IMG/VR virus record: IMGVR_UViG_3300020463_000008
Coordinates: 32,001 to 96,000 of that record
Length of the DNA: 64,000 bases
Source of the DNA: a virus
Direction: 5' to 3' (one strand)
A program made the position numbers and the translations under genes. Within the stretch, counting starts at the first letter, position 1. Each line of letters opens with the position of its first letter. Below, one piece after another: positions 18,565 to 27,934 of the stretch. Under the pieces are notes generated by a model. The model saw only the letters and a program-made list of their open reading frames with translations. It did not search any database and was not told where the DNA came from.

Positions 18565-18959
18565 TATTCACCCTCCGCATAAGTTAGTTCAGAAGAGAAC
18601 TGTTCTTTCCAGAACTGTTCAGTTTTAATTTCTTTAGAATTACAAGTTTGCTCAACTTGGTCTAAAGTAATATGACCAGCTTCATGTAAGTCAAGAAGCA
18701 TATCACCGAATGGCTCTTGGTCATTAGAATTCCATCTAACGATATTCATTTCGTCGACATAAAACCCTGACGAGTTAAGAGCAAACTCTACAGAGTTTGA
18801 AGTAGTCGACCACTGGTGATTAAAAAACTCAGATTGTCTTTTATAATCTCTACCAGCGATTCTGATTTCATCAACACCAACTAATTGGTTCTCAAGAGAA
18901 TTCATAGTTCTTTGATAAGAACCTTTTTCCTCAGTCATTTTTAAAATTGTCATAGTCAT
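18564..18959 (-). CDS. Hypothetical early protein
   Basis: GAGGT RBS before MTMTILK; first gene after repeat copy 1. Confidence 0.7.
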   Translation of the reverse strand: MTMTILKMTEEKGSYQRTMNSLENQLVGVDEIRIAGRDYKRQSEFFNHQWSTTSNSVEFALNSSGFYVDEMNIVRWNSNDQEPFGDMLLDLHEAGHITLDQVEQTCNSKEIKTEQFWKEQFSSELTYAEGE

Positions 18960-18960
18960 A

Positions 18961-19074
18961 TTTACCTCACTTTTTATCAATTTATAATACTATCTTACTA
19001 TATTTTGAAGCAAAAGTAAAGGATTATTTCACTTTTTTTATACTTTTTTGTTATTAAAAAACAAGGACTTATAA
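18961..19074 (-). repeat. Promoter cassette repeat, copy 1 of 3
   Basis: TTATAAGTCCTTGTTTTTTAATAACAAAAAAG..AAGTGAAATAATCCTTTACTTTTG-..-TAAGAT..GAGGTAAA, near-identical to 39777-39893 and 44779-44894. Confidence 0.85.
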
Positions 19075-20139
19075 TTTAATTACTCGATTTTTTTCAGGAT
19101 CTTCGTCTCCAGAAGGATCTGCTTTTAAAAGTACTCTAAGATATCTTGGACCTGTATCTATGGCAGTTGTTCCTCTAAACTGAAACTGTACTGTATAGGA
19201 ATGTCCATTTATCTTTCCCTGCATGTTTATAAAATTATATTTACGAACACCTTTTGCAGCATACCCATAACTGTCTTTGGTAATACCACTAATACTGACT
19301 CTATGCCCCAATCCTTTTATGTTTGATAAGTGGTTTACACCTTCTTTAATTTTAGATACGAGTACAATGTCAGGACCAAGTGCTTGTTTAATAATATCAG
19401 CAAATCTATTACCTATCAGAGAAAAGTTTTTTGTCTTATTAGTTTTTGCAGCAAACTCTTCACCAAATGCTTCTGCCATTTTATCGCCATCAAAACCAAA
19501 AAAGTTATTAATCATAGCACGAGTTTTTTCACTTGGCGATTTAAACAAATCTATTACAGTAGCATTGTAAATATAAAATGACTTAGAAAATTTTAAAGAA
19601 CAATAATGAGCCACAGCACCTGTGGCATTCAATATATTTACATCAGATACATTACCTTTGCCATTATTTTTTACAGTACATTTTGTTGCTGTAAATAAAG
19701 GAGGTCGTCTAGTATTTGCAGCACCAACTGGTTTACATTTCCATCTAGAATTTTGTGGGAGTTTTAATAATTTTACTAATCCTTCGATAGTATCACCATG
19801 TTCTAGTTCATTATACTCAGCACCTTTAAACCAATTATCCATATCACGAATAAATGCAGCTTCAAATTTTAAACCACCTACACCTTTTGCAGCCATAGGT
19901 TTAAATATTACTGTTTGCTTTTTATCTTCCTGTCCCTTTTTTTCAGCAGGAACCATGACATCAAGTTCAGTTGTCTTTTTTCTTACAGTATATTTTATTT
20001 TTTTAGATACAAGATATGTCTCTAGCTTTTCTTGTAGAGTAGTTCTATCTTTATTTCTTATGATGAGCTGAGTGCCCTTGTACTCAAACTTTGAGCCAAT
20101 CGCAAAACTCTGATTTTCTAGTTCTCTCTGTAGTTCCAT
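19069..20139 (-). CDS. Hypothetical protein, possible PD-(D/E)xK nuclease
   Basis: GLKFEAAF..VSDVNI..YCSLKFSK resembles E..D..SxK; ATAAATA box at 20145-20151. Confidence 0.45.
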   Translation of the reverse strand: MELQRELENQSFAIGSKFEYKGTQLIIRNKDRTTLQEKLETYLVSKKIKYTVRKKTTELDVMVPAEKKGQEDKKQTVIFKPMAAKGVGGLKFEAAFIRDMDNWFKGAEYNELEHGDTIEGLVKLLKLPQNSRWKCKPVGAANTRRPPLFTATKCTVKNNGKGNVSDVNILNATGAVAHYCSLKFSKSFYIYNATVIDLFKSPSEKTRAMINNFFGFDGDKMAEAFGEEFAAKTNKTKNFSLIGNRFADIIKQALGPDIVLVSKIKEGVNHLSNIKGLGHRVSISGITKDSYGYAAKGVRKYNFINMQGKINGHSYTVQFQFRGTTAIDTGPRYLRVLLKADPSGDEDPEKNRVIKL

Positions 20140-20150
20140 AACACTATTTA

Positions 20151-20321
20151 TTATAGCTTTTTAGACCAACCTTTTATTAGGTTATCAACTTTAGAACCCC
20201 ATTCAGTTTCAAGATATTTACGATTAGTTTCAAGCCAAGCGATTTTACTTTTTACACTTTTAATAGCTTTAAACTCAGCAACAAGATCAAGCCACACAGG
20301 ATTTTCCCAACGATTTTTCAT
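20151..20321 (-). CDS. Small hypothetical protein (56 aa)
   Basis: MKNRWENPVWLDLVAEF..., with GAGGT RBS and its own promoter at 20355-20383. Confidence 0.65.
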   Translation of the reverse strand: MKNRWENPVWLDLVAEFKAIKSVKSKIAWLETNRKYLETEWGSKVDNLIKGWSKKL

Positions 20322-20354
20322 ACAATTTACCTCTCTTAATTAATTAATATATTG

Positions 20355-20383
20355 ATTCTATATTATTTTAAATCAAAAGTAAA
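20355..20383 (-). promoter_or_regulatory. Early promoter
   Basis: TTTACT-17-TAGAAT. Confidence 0.7.
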
Positions 20384-20386
20384 GAA

Positions 20387-20953
20387 CTATTTTGCTTTTT
20401 TTGCTTTGATGTGTTTCGCTATTTTCTTAGCATATTCAGGCTTTAAGAAGTCTATTCTTGCCCATGGCTCTTTATTATATCCTTCTTCTTCTGCCCATCT
20501 CACAAAGTATCCTACTTCTTTACCATGTGCTTCAACTTCCCATGGGGAATCCCAATAGTCCATCTTCTTAGTATTATATGCTTTCTTCTTATAACGAGTT
20601 CTAAATCCATCAGAATACTCATACATATCACCAGATGCCCATTGTTTAATATGACACATTTCATGAGCAATAGTTTCTAGCATATGTCTTAACTTAGACT
20701 GTTCCTCTACTTGTATCTTAAATTTTTTTGGACGATATAAGTCATCATCAATCCAAGATAATCCCTGGACTTTTTCTTTAATGTATAAGTTCTTTTGAAT
20801 ATAGATGTTTATTGTGACAGATGTTCGGAGTCGAACATCCATGGTTTTTCTTGATACCCAGTGTGCAATGGATCTCACAAGTTTCCTCGTGTCCCTATCG
20901 CCACCTCTGACATTGATTATTGCTTTATCTCTGTACCAATTGTTTTTTGCCAT
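20387..20953 (-). CDS. HExxH zinc metallopeptidase-like protein
   Basis: TIAHEMCHIKQ...YWDSPWEVEA. Confidence 0.8.
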   Translation of the reverse strand: MAKNNWYRDKAIINVRGGDRDTRKLVRSIAHWVSRKTMDVRLRTSVTINIYIQKNLYIKEKVQGLSWIDDDLYRPKKFKIQVEEQSKLRHMLETIAHEMCHIKQWASGDMYEYSDGFRTRYKKKAYNTKKMDYWDSPWEVEAHGKEVGYFVRWAEEEGYNKEPWARIDFLKPEYAKKIAKHIKAKKAK

Positions 20954-21506
20954 CTGCTATATTTAGTTTTTCCAAGATATGATTTATTAGGACTAATTGA
21001 TCCTCTGAATTGTTATTATTAAACTCCTCTATATAAGGCATGATGTCAAAGTTAGATAATATGTTATTTATCTTGGTTCTCCTCGATTTCAGGAACTTCT
21101 CGTCCTGATTGTCTGCTCTGGAGACATGTCTTTCATCTAGGGTACTTGGGTCTGCCTTCATGTAAATTATGCTCATATCGTGTCCCTGAGTAAGCATTTC
21201 TGTAAGAAATGAGCCTGAAAACAGTCGATCTCCCTCAAATACGATATTCACTCCCGATGGAGCATAAGAATCTTTAAACCATTCTATTGCCTTTGGCTGT
21301 ACTGCCATTGACAATCTATCAGTGCCACAGAACATGTGTGCTTCATTGAAATAATCTTTTCCGAGAACAATAGTATTAATGTCTTTACACCACATACCAT
21401 ATAATAGATCTGTAAGTTTTACATCTTCCCATTTATATGGTTTCATCCATTGTTTCATCAATGTTGATTTACCTGTTGCTGGTTCTCCACCAATCGCTAT
21501 AATCAT
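20925..21506 (-). CDS. P-loop nucleotide kinase (candidate modified-base kinase)
   Basis: Walker A GGEPATGKST, GTDRLSMAVQP, Walker B IVFEGDRLF, lid ERHVSRADNQ. Confidence 0.8.
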   Translation of the reverse strand: MIIAIGGEPATGKSTLMKQWMKPYKWEDVKLTDLLYGMWCKDINTIVLGKDYFNEAHMFCGTDRLSMAVQPKAIEWFKDSYAPSGVNIVFEGDRLFSGSFLTEMLTQGHDMSIIYMKADPSTLDERHVSRADNQDEKFLKSRRTKINNILSNFDIMPYIEEFNNNNSEDQLVLINHILEKLNIADGKKQLVQR

Positions 21507-21940
21507 TATTCTCCTCCAGAGTCAAAGAAATCTTTATGTCTACAATTTTCTTTATCTACTAATTCATGCTGTAATAGTACACATGTGATATCAGGATTTA
21601 TTCTTTCGATCTCTTTTATTTGTATAGGATCGTCATCAAAATGTATTCCTATTTCTATCTCTCTTTGAACTCTTAACATCTTTATAACATTGCCTTTATG
21701 GATACCAGAACCTTTTCTAGTTTTATTTTCAAACCTTGCTGGATTCATAAAGACTTCATTCTTAATACCTTTTGCAGATAGCATAGCAGAAGTTTCATCC
21801 CACTCATCTATAGATCTACCTGTAATAATGACATCACTTTTTCCTGGATAAACACCATCGTGCTTACCCATATAGATAACACCATCAATATCAAAAGTAT
21901 TAATTTTAAAAGGATGCATGCTACTCATAATCAGTTTCAC
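21506..21940 (-). CDS. Minimal HAD-family phosphatase
   Basis: Motif I FDIDGV, motif II ITGRS, motif III HK, motif IV HFDDD. Confidence 0.8.
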   Translation of the reverse strand: MKLIMSSMHPFKINTFDIDGVIYMGKHDGVYPGKSDVIITGRSIDEWDETSAMLSAKGIKNEVFMNPARFENKTRKGSGIHKGNVIKMLRVQREIEIGIHFDDDPIQIKEIERINPDITCVLLQHELVDKENCRHKDFFDSGGE

Positions 21941-23198
21941 CTTTTTGATAGGTGTATATTAAATTTTTAGCAATAGGATTGTTTACAGTTAATTGTGGTT
22001 CAGTCATCTTAGTAAGTTCTCTTCTAGATAAAGCATCACATTCAAACTTAGCATCTTCTGTTTTTAATTGTACAGGTGGAGTCTTTTGCGTCCAAGCACT
22101 TGGACCTCTTAAGAAACCAACTATATTCATTTCAGAAGCAACCTTACAGAAACGAATAGCTGATACAACTACACCTCCTGAGTTTGGCGAATCTTGTACT
22201 GACATCCTTGCTGACATTTCATATCTAGCACCACCAAAACCATAAGCAACTATATCTAAGTTGGCAATCTTATTATCAGAGCCAACATATGTTCCTCCAG
22301 GTTTTTGGAATACTGTTAAACTTGGACCAGCATATAAAGTCATTCCTGCAGTAGATTCATCTCTAACTACATTCTGACCTTTTAAAACATTCTCTTTAGA
22401 AATATGTTTAGATTTTAATCTTTCTTTATAAGCCATATTCAAGAAGTCAGTATTTGCTGTTCTTCCTGTTCTAATATTTTCTTGACCTTGTGTAGATCCT
22501 GCTGCCATATTCATTTGAATATGTTGCGTCACTTGTAAACCTGAATCCAACATCGCACCCTGTAATACTTCAGATAATCTAGAAGCACCCCATGCCGATC
22601 TCATATCAGATCCTACAATAGTAAGATTAGAGTCAATAAACTTTTGTTCTATGACTTTTGTTTTTTCAGTTTCAATAAGTGTTGGAATACAGTTTACGAA
22701 ATGAACACCAGCAAGTATTGCTGCATCTATATAGAACTCTGTTGCTTTTTCAGAACCAACAGGAAGATAATTTATAATTACATCAACCTTGTGGTTTTTT
22801 AATTTAGCAGCAACCTGTCCTTTAGATAAAGCAGTTTCTGCTCCTGTTCTAAATGAAACATTTTCTGGATAGTCAAGCATGTGTGAAGCAACACCATCTA
22901 GTTCTGGACTAGAATAAACCATACTGTCTTGTGATACACATGTATAATCTATTTCTTCTACATGATGCATAGCACAGTTTGGTTCTGCTCTTAATGCTTG
23001 TGCTAATGGTTTCCCAACTTTCCTAGGATCTACATCGAAGCCACAAACGAATTCGATATCATTTACAGTGTATCCTCCAATATCTGGATACATTAAACCT
23101 ATTTTATCTTGGGGATTTTGAATATAATATTGTACACCTTCAACTAATGACTTTGCACAATTACCAGTGCCAATGATGGCGACCTTAATTTTTGACAT
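21921..23198 (-). CDS. ino1: myo-inositol-1-phosphate synthase
   Basis: KIKVAIIGTGNCAKSLVEG, FDVDPRKVG, INYLPVGSE, FVNCIP, VGSDMRSAWGA, NTDFLNM, SKHISK, DNK, DSPNSGG: the actinobacterial/archaeal-type Ino1 signature. Confidence 0.92.
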   Translation of the reverse strand: MSKIKVAIIGTGNCAKSLVEGVQYYIQNPQDKIGLMYPDIGGYTVNDIEFVCGFDVDPRKVGKPLAQALRAEPNCAMHHVEEIDYTCVSQDSMVYSSPELDGVASHMLDYPENVSFRTGAETALSKGQVAAKLKNHKVDVIINYLPVGSEKATEFYIDAAILAGVHFVNCIPTLIETEKTKVIEQKFIDSNLTIVGSDMRSAWGASRLSEVLQGAMLDSGLQVTQHIQMNMAAGSTQGQENIRTGRTANTDFLNMAYKERLKSKHISKENVLKGQNVVRDESTAGMTLYAGPSLTVFQKPGGTYVGSDNKIANLDIVAYGFGGARYEMSARMSVQDSPNSGGVVVSAIRFCKVASEMNIVGFLRGPSAWTQKTPPVQLKTEDAKFECDALSRRELTKMTEPQLTVNNPIAKNLIYTYQKGETDYE

Positions 23199-23296
23199 AT
23201 TGTTTCTCCTTTATATCAGTTTATTAGAGTGTGATATTTGACTGGATCAGAGTAGCACACTTTTCAATATATATAAGAATTCTATACTAGAATTTC

Positions 23297-24481
23297 TTAA
23301 AAGTAAACCTCCAAGCCAACTTTTTCTCCTGCCATTTTTGCTTGATATGCATCAATACATTTGACTGCTTCTTTTTCAAAAGCACCCTTGTTGTAGAACC
23401 AATTAGGATCCATTCCAGTTTCCTTATACATATCTGGCATAAATGGATAATCTTCATGGAGATTAATCATCTGACCAGTCTTTTTACATAAATCTCTTAG
23501 GGCAAGACTTTCCCTTTTTTTCTGTACGAGTGGATGATGTTTAGCAACAGCATCTTCAAAGAAAGCATCATAGTTCACTATGCCTTCCCATTGTTCTTTT
23601 AAAAATGTTCCTCTAGAATAATGGTCACCTGAAGAGTGTCCACCATAATCGCCACCAAGCATTAGTTTCTTATATTGACATAGATGAGATTCTAAAAGAA
23701 AATTTGTAAGAACTTTAGAATTTTTATCTGATATAGAATCTTTGGCTTTAGCATAAATATATTTTTCTTCATTATGTACATTTTCCATATCATTACTTGA
23801 TAGCTTTGCACCTTTGGCTTCAATAAGATTATCCCAACCTTTTAAATAACAAAGACCAGATCTAACACTCCAGTTAGATTTGTCAGTAGCCAACATTGTT
23901 TCTGGCTCTAAAGGTACTTCAGCTGTTTCTTTTAATGCTTGACAAAATAACCATGTAGTCATTCTACCATATTTATGTATCTTCTGTGCTTCCTCATACA
24001 TATTAAAAAAAGATTGACTTGGGTCATCTACTAATTGATTGTCTACCCATGCTTTAATAGAACCATAAGGCATAATCAATTCTTGCATAGATTTTACTTG
24101 TTCAGCAATTCTACCTTTATTATATTTTGTATCACGAGCATATCTTTGTTTATCTAAATGCTCAACATTCCATTCTTCTAATTCTTTTATATTAATTTCA
24201 AATAGATTTGGGAAGTTCCAATATATTGCCCAAGCCATTTCTGTTTGATAAGTACAACCAAATATTAAAGAGTACCAGAGTTTCTGTTCCTCAGTCATAG
24301 GTTTTTGTGTAGGGGATTTATCGCCAGTTGCATCACGATAAGTGTTAGCTGGCATGTAGTGGTCAAGATCGTTATAAGTTAGTCGCCAATCTAACCATAA
24401 TAAGAATCCTTGTTCTCTATTCTCAGGGAGTCGCCAATCTTTATATTCTTTATCTTTATTATCTGGGTGTAAATATTTCAT
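23297..24481 (-). CDS. aGPT-pyrophosphorylase clade-2 / amino acid:DNA transferase-like protein
   Basis: DWRLPENR, LWYSLIFGCTY, RYARDTKY, HhH-like HKYGRMTTWLF, SVRSGLC, LESHLCQYKK and DYGGH resemble this family. Confidence 0.72.
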   Translation of the reverse strand: MKYLHPDNKDKEYKDWRLPENREQGFLLWLDWRLTYNDLDHYMPANTYRDATGDKSPTQKPMTEEQKLWYSLIFGCTYQTEMAWAIYWNFPNLFEINIKELEEWNVEHLDKQRYARDTKYNKGRIAEQVKSMQELIMPYGSIKAWVDNQLVDDPSQSFFNMYEEAQKIHKYGRMTTWLFCQALKETAEVPLEPETMLATDKSNWSVRSGLCYLKGWDNLIEAKGAKLSSNDMENVHNEEKYIYAKAKDSISDKNSKVLTNFLLESHLCQYKKLMLGGDYGGHSSGDHYSRGTFLKEQWEGIVNYDAFFEDAVAKHHPLVQKKRESLALRDLCKKTGQMINLHEDYPFMPDMYKETGMDPNWFYNKGAFEKEAVKCIDAYQAKMAGEKVGLEVYF

Positions 24482-25209
24482 CGTTTATATAGAGTATCCA
24501 TACCCCATATGTTTCTGTACTTAACTTCTTCACCTAAGAACATTACTTGCTTATCTCCTGGGACTAAATTTAATTGTTCTTGTAAAGGTTTGAAACCTTG
24601 CTCAATAAATTTGGCTCGTTGATTGCTTTCATAATCTGATAGTATTCTATCTGACCAGTGGAACTCTAAAGACATCTGTTTGATACTTTCAGGAATAAAC
24701 CAATCTGGTTCAAAGATACGATATTCTTCACCCTCAACATCACACTTTAAATGTGTTGGTTGGTAAATATCAAATAATTTTTTTGCTTGTACTGTTGGAA
24801 CTTTGACTTGATTTTTTCTCATGTTCTTCGCAGCATTACTTTTTGGATTAGTAGTGCCTGAACAAAATTCTTGTTTACTTCCTGTTAGATATAAAGTTAT
24901 CTCAGGAATATCTTGAGTAGTGACTGCAGCATTAATTAAACAAAATCTTTCATCATGCCCTAGATTCTTTTCACATACTTCAAAATTTTCAGGATGACAT
25001 TCTACACCAATATATTGTTTTATATTTGTATCAAGTAGCATTCTTCCGAAAGCACCTATGTTCATGCCCCAGTCCATAACTATGGCACCATCAAGATTAT
25101 CAAAGTTTGAATAATTAGACAGGCATTGATTTACCATATCTTTATCTACATTAAGACCTTTGCCATCAATCTCACGAATGTATGTGTTTTTAAATATTCT
25201 ATAATCCAT
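24478..25209 (-). CDS. FkbM-family SAM-dependent methyltransferase
   Basis: VMDWGMNIGAF, GVECHPEN, INAAV, LKCDVEGEEY, LEFH. Confidence 0.85.
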   Translation of the reverse strand: MDYRIFKNTYIREIDGKGLNVDKDMVNQCLSNYSNFDNLDGAIVMDWGMNIGAFGRMLLDTNIKQYIGVECHPENFEVCEKNLGHDERFCLINAAVTTQDIPEITLYLTGSKQEFCSGTTNPKSNAAKNMRKNQVKVPTVQAKKLFDIYQPTHLKCDVEGEEYRIFEPDWFIPESIKQMSLEFHWSDRILSDYESNQRAKFIEQGFKPLQEQLNLVPGDKQVMFLGEEVKYRNIWGMDTLYKR

Positions 25210-26510
25210 TAAAAGAAATCTGCTAGAGAGGAAGATTGACTGTCAGGGTGGTATTGAGAAACCACATCACTTCCTAGTTTACTTTCAAGAAAGTCATACC
25301 ATTCTTTCTCATCCCACATCCCAGGACTAATACCATTCCAAAGTTTTCTTTGTAGAGGATGTTCTTTATTAGTTCTACGAGCAATAACATAATCTTCACG
25401 AGCTCGTTCATAATCCCAGCTTCCTAGTTCTAACATCTTCTCTCTGAAATAACATACGAAAGATATTCGTTCAGCACTTTCATCTTCCATAACCATTGGT
25501 GTATTACCATGTATTCCTTCATGATTATTAATTAATAACAAATCTCCAGGACGAATATTAATAGCAACTTTATATTCAGGAAGTATTAGATACCCACCAG
25601 AATATTTACCATTATTTGATACGACTGTAAGATTAGAGAATCCTTCATGTAAATCACCAAAGTCTCGATGATAAGCTGTTCTGAAAGTTTTATTAACAGT
25701 AGCAGTAGTAAATGGTGTCCCAGGAATAATAAACTTTGAATCTAGTTTATCACATGCTTCCATTTGTTTACCATACCTGACTGGCAATAGTTCTTCAAAT
25801 CCTTTAGATAATTGTTGTAAGAAAGGGAATCCTTGTTTAAACTTCTCAGGATTATCTCTAGTGAAAGTTGTAGGACGACCAAAAGGAATACGAGGATATC
25901 TATCAAAGAATCCTGCGATACCTGAGAAAACTGAATTAGCATAAGAAGTTGTAGATGTTAATTTATCATTTACTCTTGTTGCTTCTGTAATCATTTCATC
26001 TCTAGGCAATACTCTTACTTCCTCAACCCAGTTTTCAAATACGAAATCTTCTTCAGCTACTTTCTGTGCCAACCAGACTTTACCACGACTGTCATCGGCA
26101 ATCTTTTCTCTACCTTTATATTCTTGTCGTATAGCTTCTACAGGATCCGAGCCATCAAGTGTAGCTGATGGTGACATAAAATATTGTAGTAAAGCATTAT
26201 GATAATTAGTGACCCAATCTCTAGTTCCTAGAGCAACTGTTTTTTCACTACCTGCTGCGAGACCACGATTCTCAGTGGCACCTGCTGCTTCACGCAAACC
26301 ATTATATGCTTCATCTTGTTGTTCTTGTGTAAACCAATTTTTTCTAAACTTAAATATAATATTGGCTTCAGAGTTTTCTTCACCCATAGGAGTGGGTGCA
26401 TAAAAGTCGCAATCCCAATCACACAATAATTCATAATCATTTTCGTCCCCAAATAATCCTAGCTTGTCTTCACAATCAAATTTCTTTGGTGCTGTTATTA
26501 CTTTTGTCAT
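25209..26510 (-). CDS. TET/JBP-family 2OG-Fe(II) dioxygenase
   Basis: NRGLAAG, SGIAGFFDRYPRIP, TPFTTATVNKTFRTAYHRDFGD (HxD), HEGIHGNTP (H), RISFVCYFRE (R). Confidence 0.88.
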   Translation of the reverse strand: MTKVITAPKKFDCEDKLGLFGDENDYELLCDWDCDFYAPTPMGEENSEANIIFKFRKNWFTQEQQDEAYNGLREAAGATENRGLAAGSEKTVALGTRDWVTNYHNALLQYFMSPSATLDGSDPVEAIRQEYKGREKIADDSRGKVWLAQKVAEEDFVFENWVEEVRVLPRDEMITEATRVNDKLTSTTSYANSVFSGIAGFFDRYPRIPFGRPTTFTRDNPEKFKQGFPFLQQLSKGFEELLPVRYGKQMEACDKLDSKFIIPGTPFTTATVNKTFRTAYHRDFGDLHEGFSNLTVVSNNGKYSGGYLILPEYKVAINIRPGDLLLINNHEGIHGNTPMVMEDESAERISFVCYFREKMLELGSWDYERAREDYVIARRTNKEHPLQRKLWNGISPGMWDEKEWYDFLESKLGSDVVSQYHPDSQSSSLADFF

Positions 26511-27898
26511 ACTTTGAACCCTTCTAAATTCATTCTTTCACCAGCTTCACTTTTGTCGAAAACAGCTCCGACATCTTTTTCTTCTTGCCCTGCGTCCATT
26601 ATATTAGTTTGTGCTGATGACTCTACATTATATAATCGCATCTTATTCTTATCAACTCCGACCACGAATCTTTTATAATAGTTTGGATCAGAATATCTAT
26701 TCTTAAGTTGCTTAATCATCCATTGTCCCATATTGTCTAGTTCTTCACTAGCAATAATTGCGAACATTAAGTCAGCAGTTGCTGGTAAACCAAAAGACTC
26801 CGAAGTATCTTCAAGACCAACATCTGTATTATTATAACCACCTCTTGTCGTTTGAGTAGCTGATACGAGAGGACAATTATATTCAACTGCCAGTCCTCTA
26901 AGTTCTTCGGCAATAGATTTAATGTAAGAATATGTATTTACATTAGATCCCATCTTTAATCTTTGTGAAGCACAGATATTCAAATAGTCAATGAATATAA
27001 TATCTGGCTTGAAACCTTTTTTCATTTTTAGTTCTTCAAGTAATGCTCTGAAGTGACCAGCATGAGCAGACCCTGTAGGATATTCTTTTACAATTAATTT
27101 ACCTTTGTTTGTATCTTTAATTTTATTAATTCTTTTACTGAAGATCCCATGGTCAATAACTTTAATTTCATCCATACCCAAGTTCAATAAGTTTGCGTCA
27201 ATCCTTTCAGATATTTTTTCTTCAGCCATCTCCATAGTAATATAAAGAACATTCATACCCTCAGCCAAAACTGATGAAGCATGATGACACATAAACAAAG
27301 ATTTACCAACACCTGTACCAGCCATAGCAATGTTAAGAGTTTTTTTACTCAAGCCACCTCTAGTAATAGTATTCAATAAATCAATATCAAACTTAATCTT
27401 CTCTTCAACTTTATGATAAAATTCAAACCTGTCGTCAGCATCTTCTAGATAATCATGACCAACAGAATTATCAAAACAAACACCCAAAGCATCCTGCATC
27501 ATTTTAGGAATAGCATCTTTGGTATGTACTTTATCTCTACCATCAATAATCTTAATAGCATCCATAACAGTATTATATACTGCTCTTTCCTTACACCATT
27601 CTTCAGTCTTATCATATAACCAAGTTTCATTTACTGGATTATTTTCTTTTAATTCTGAAACTTTATCTTGAATAGATTTATGGTCGTTTTCAAATAAGTC
27701 TTTACGATTAAAGACCTCGTTGGCAATCATGTCTGGATTAGGAACATTATTATATGTAAGGAATAATTTTGTATATTCCTCAAACAATATTCTTTCATTG
27801 CGTTCTTCAAAGTATTCAGGCTTGATGAATGGAATCACCTTGCGTGAGAACTCGTCATTATGTAATAGATTATTTAAGATAGTTTCTTCAATACGCAT
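26507..27898 (-). CDS. 41: Replicative helicase (T4 gp41-like)
   Basis: AGTGVGKS, LYITMEMAE, IFIDYLNI, SATQTTR, SESFGLPATAD, QLKNRY. Confidence 0.95.
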   Translation of the reverse strand: MRIEETILNNLLHNDEFSRKVIPFIKPEYFEERNERILFEEYTKLFLTYNNVPNPDMIANEVFNRKDLFENDHKSIQDKVSELKENNPVNETWLYDKTEEWCKERAVYNTVMDAIKIIDGRDKVHTKDAIPKMMQDALGVCFDNSVGHDYLEDADDRFEFYHKVEEKIKFDIDLLNTITRGGLSKKTLNIAMAGTGVGKSLFMCHHASSVLAEGMNVLYITMEMAEEKISERIDANLLNLGMDEIKVIDHGIFSKRINKIKDTNKGKLIVKEYPTGSAHAGHFRALLEELKMKKGFKPDIIFIDYLNICASQRLKMGSNVNTYSYIKSIAEELRGLAVEYNCPLVSATQTTRGGYNNTDVGLEDTSESFGLPATADLMFAIIASEELDNMGQWMIKQLKNRYSDPNYYKRFVVGVDKNKMRLYNVESSAQTNIMDAGQEEKDVGAVFDKSEAGERMNLEGFKV

Positions 27899-27905
27899 AA
27901 TTTAT

Positions 27906-27934
27906 ATTCTATCTGAAAAAAAGTTAAAAGTCAA
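27906..27934 (-). promoter_or_regulatory. Early/middle promoter for gp41 and the modification operon
   Basis: TTGACT-17-TAGAAT. Confidence 0.65.

Noticed and set aside
24478-25209. Methyltransferase as a DNA C5 or N6 methylase
   Set aside because: It lacks the PC and (D/N)PPY catalytic motifs; its motifs are FkbM-type.
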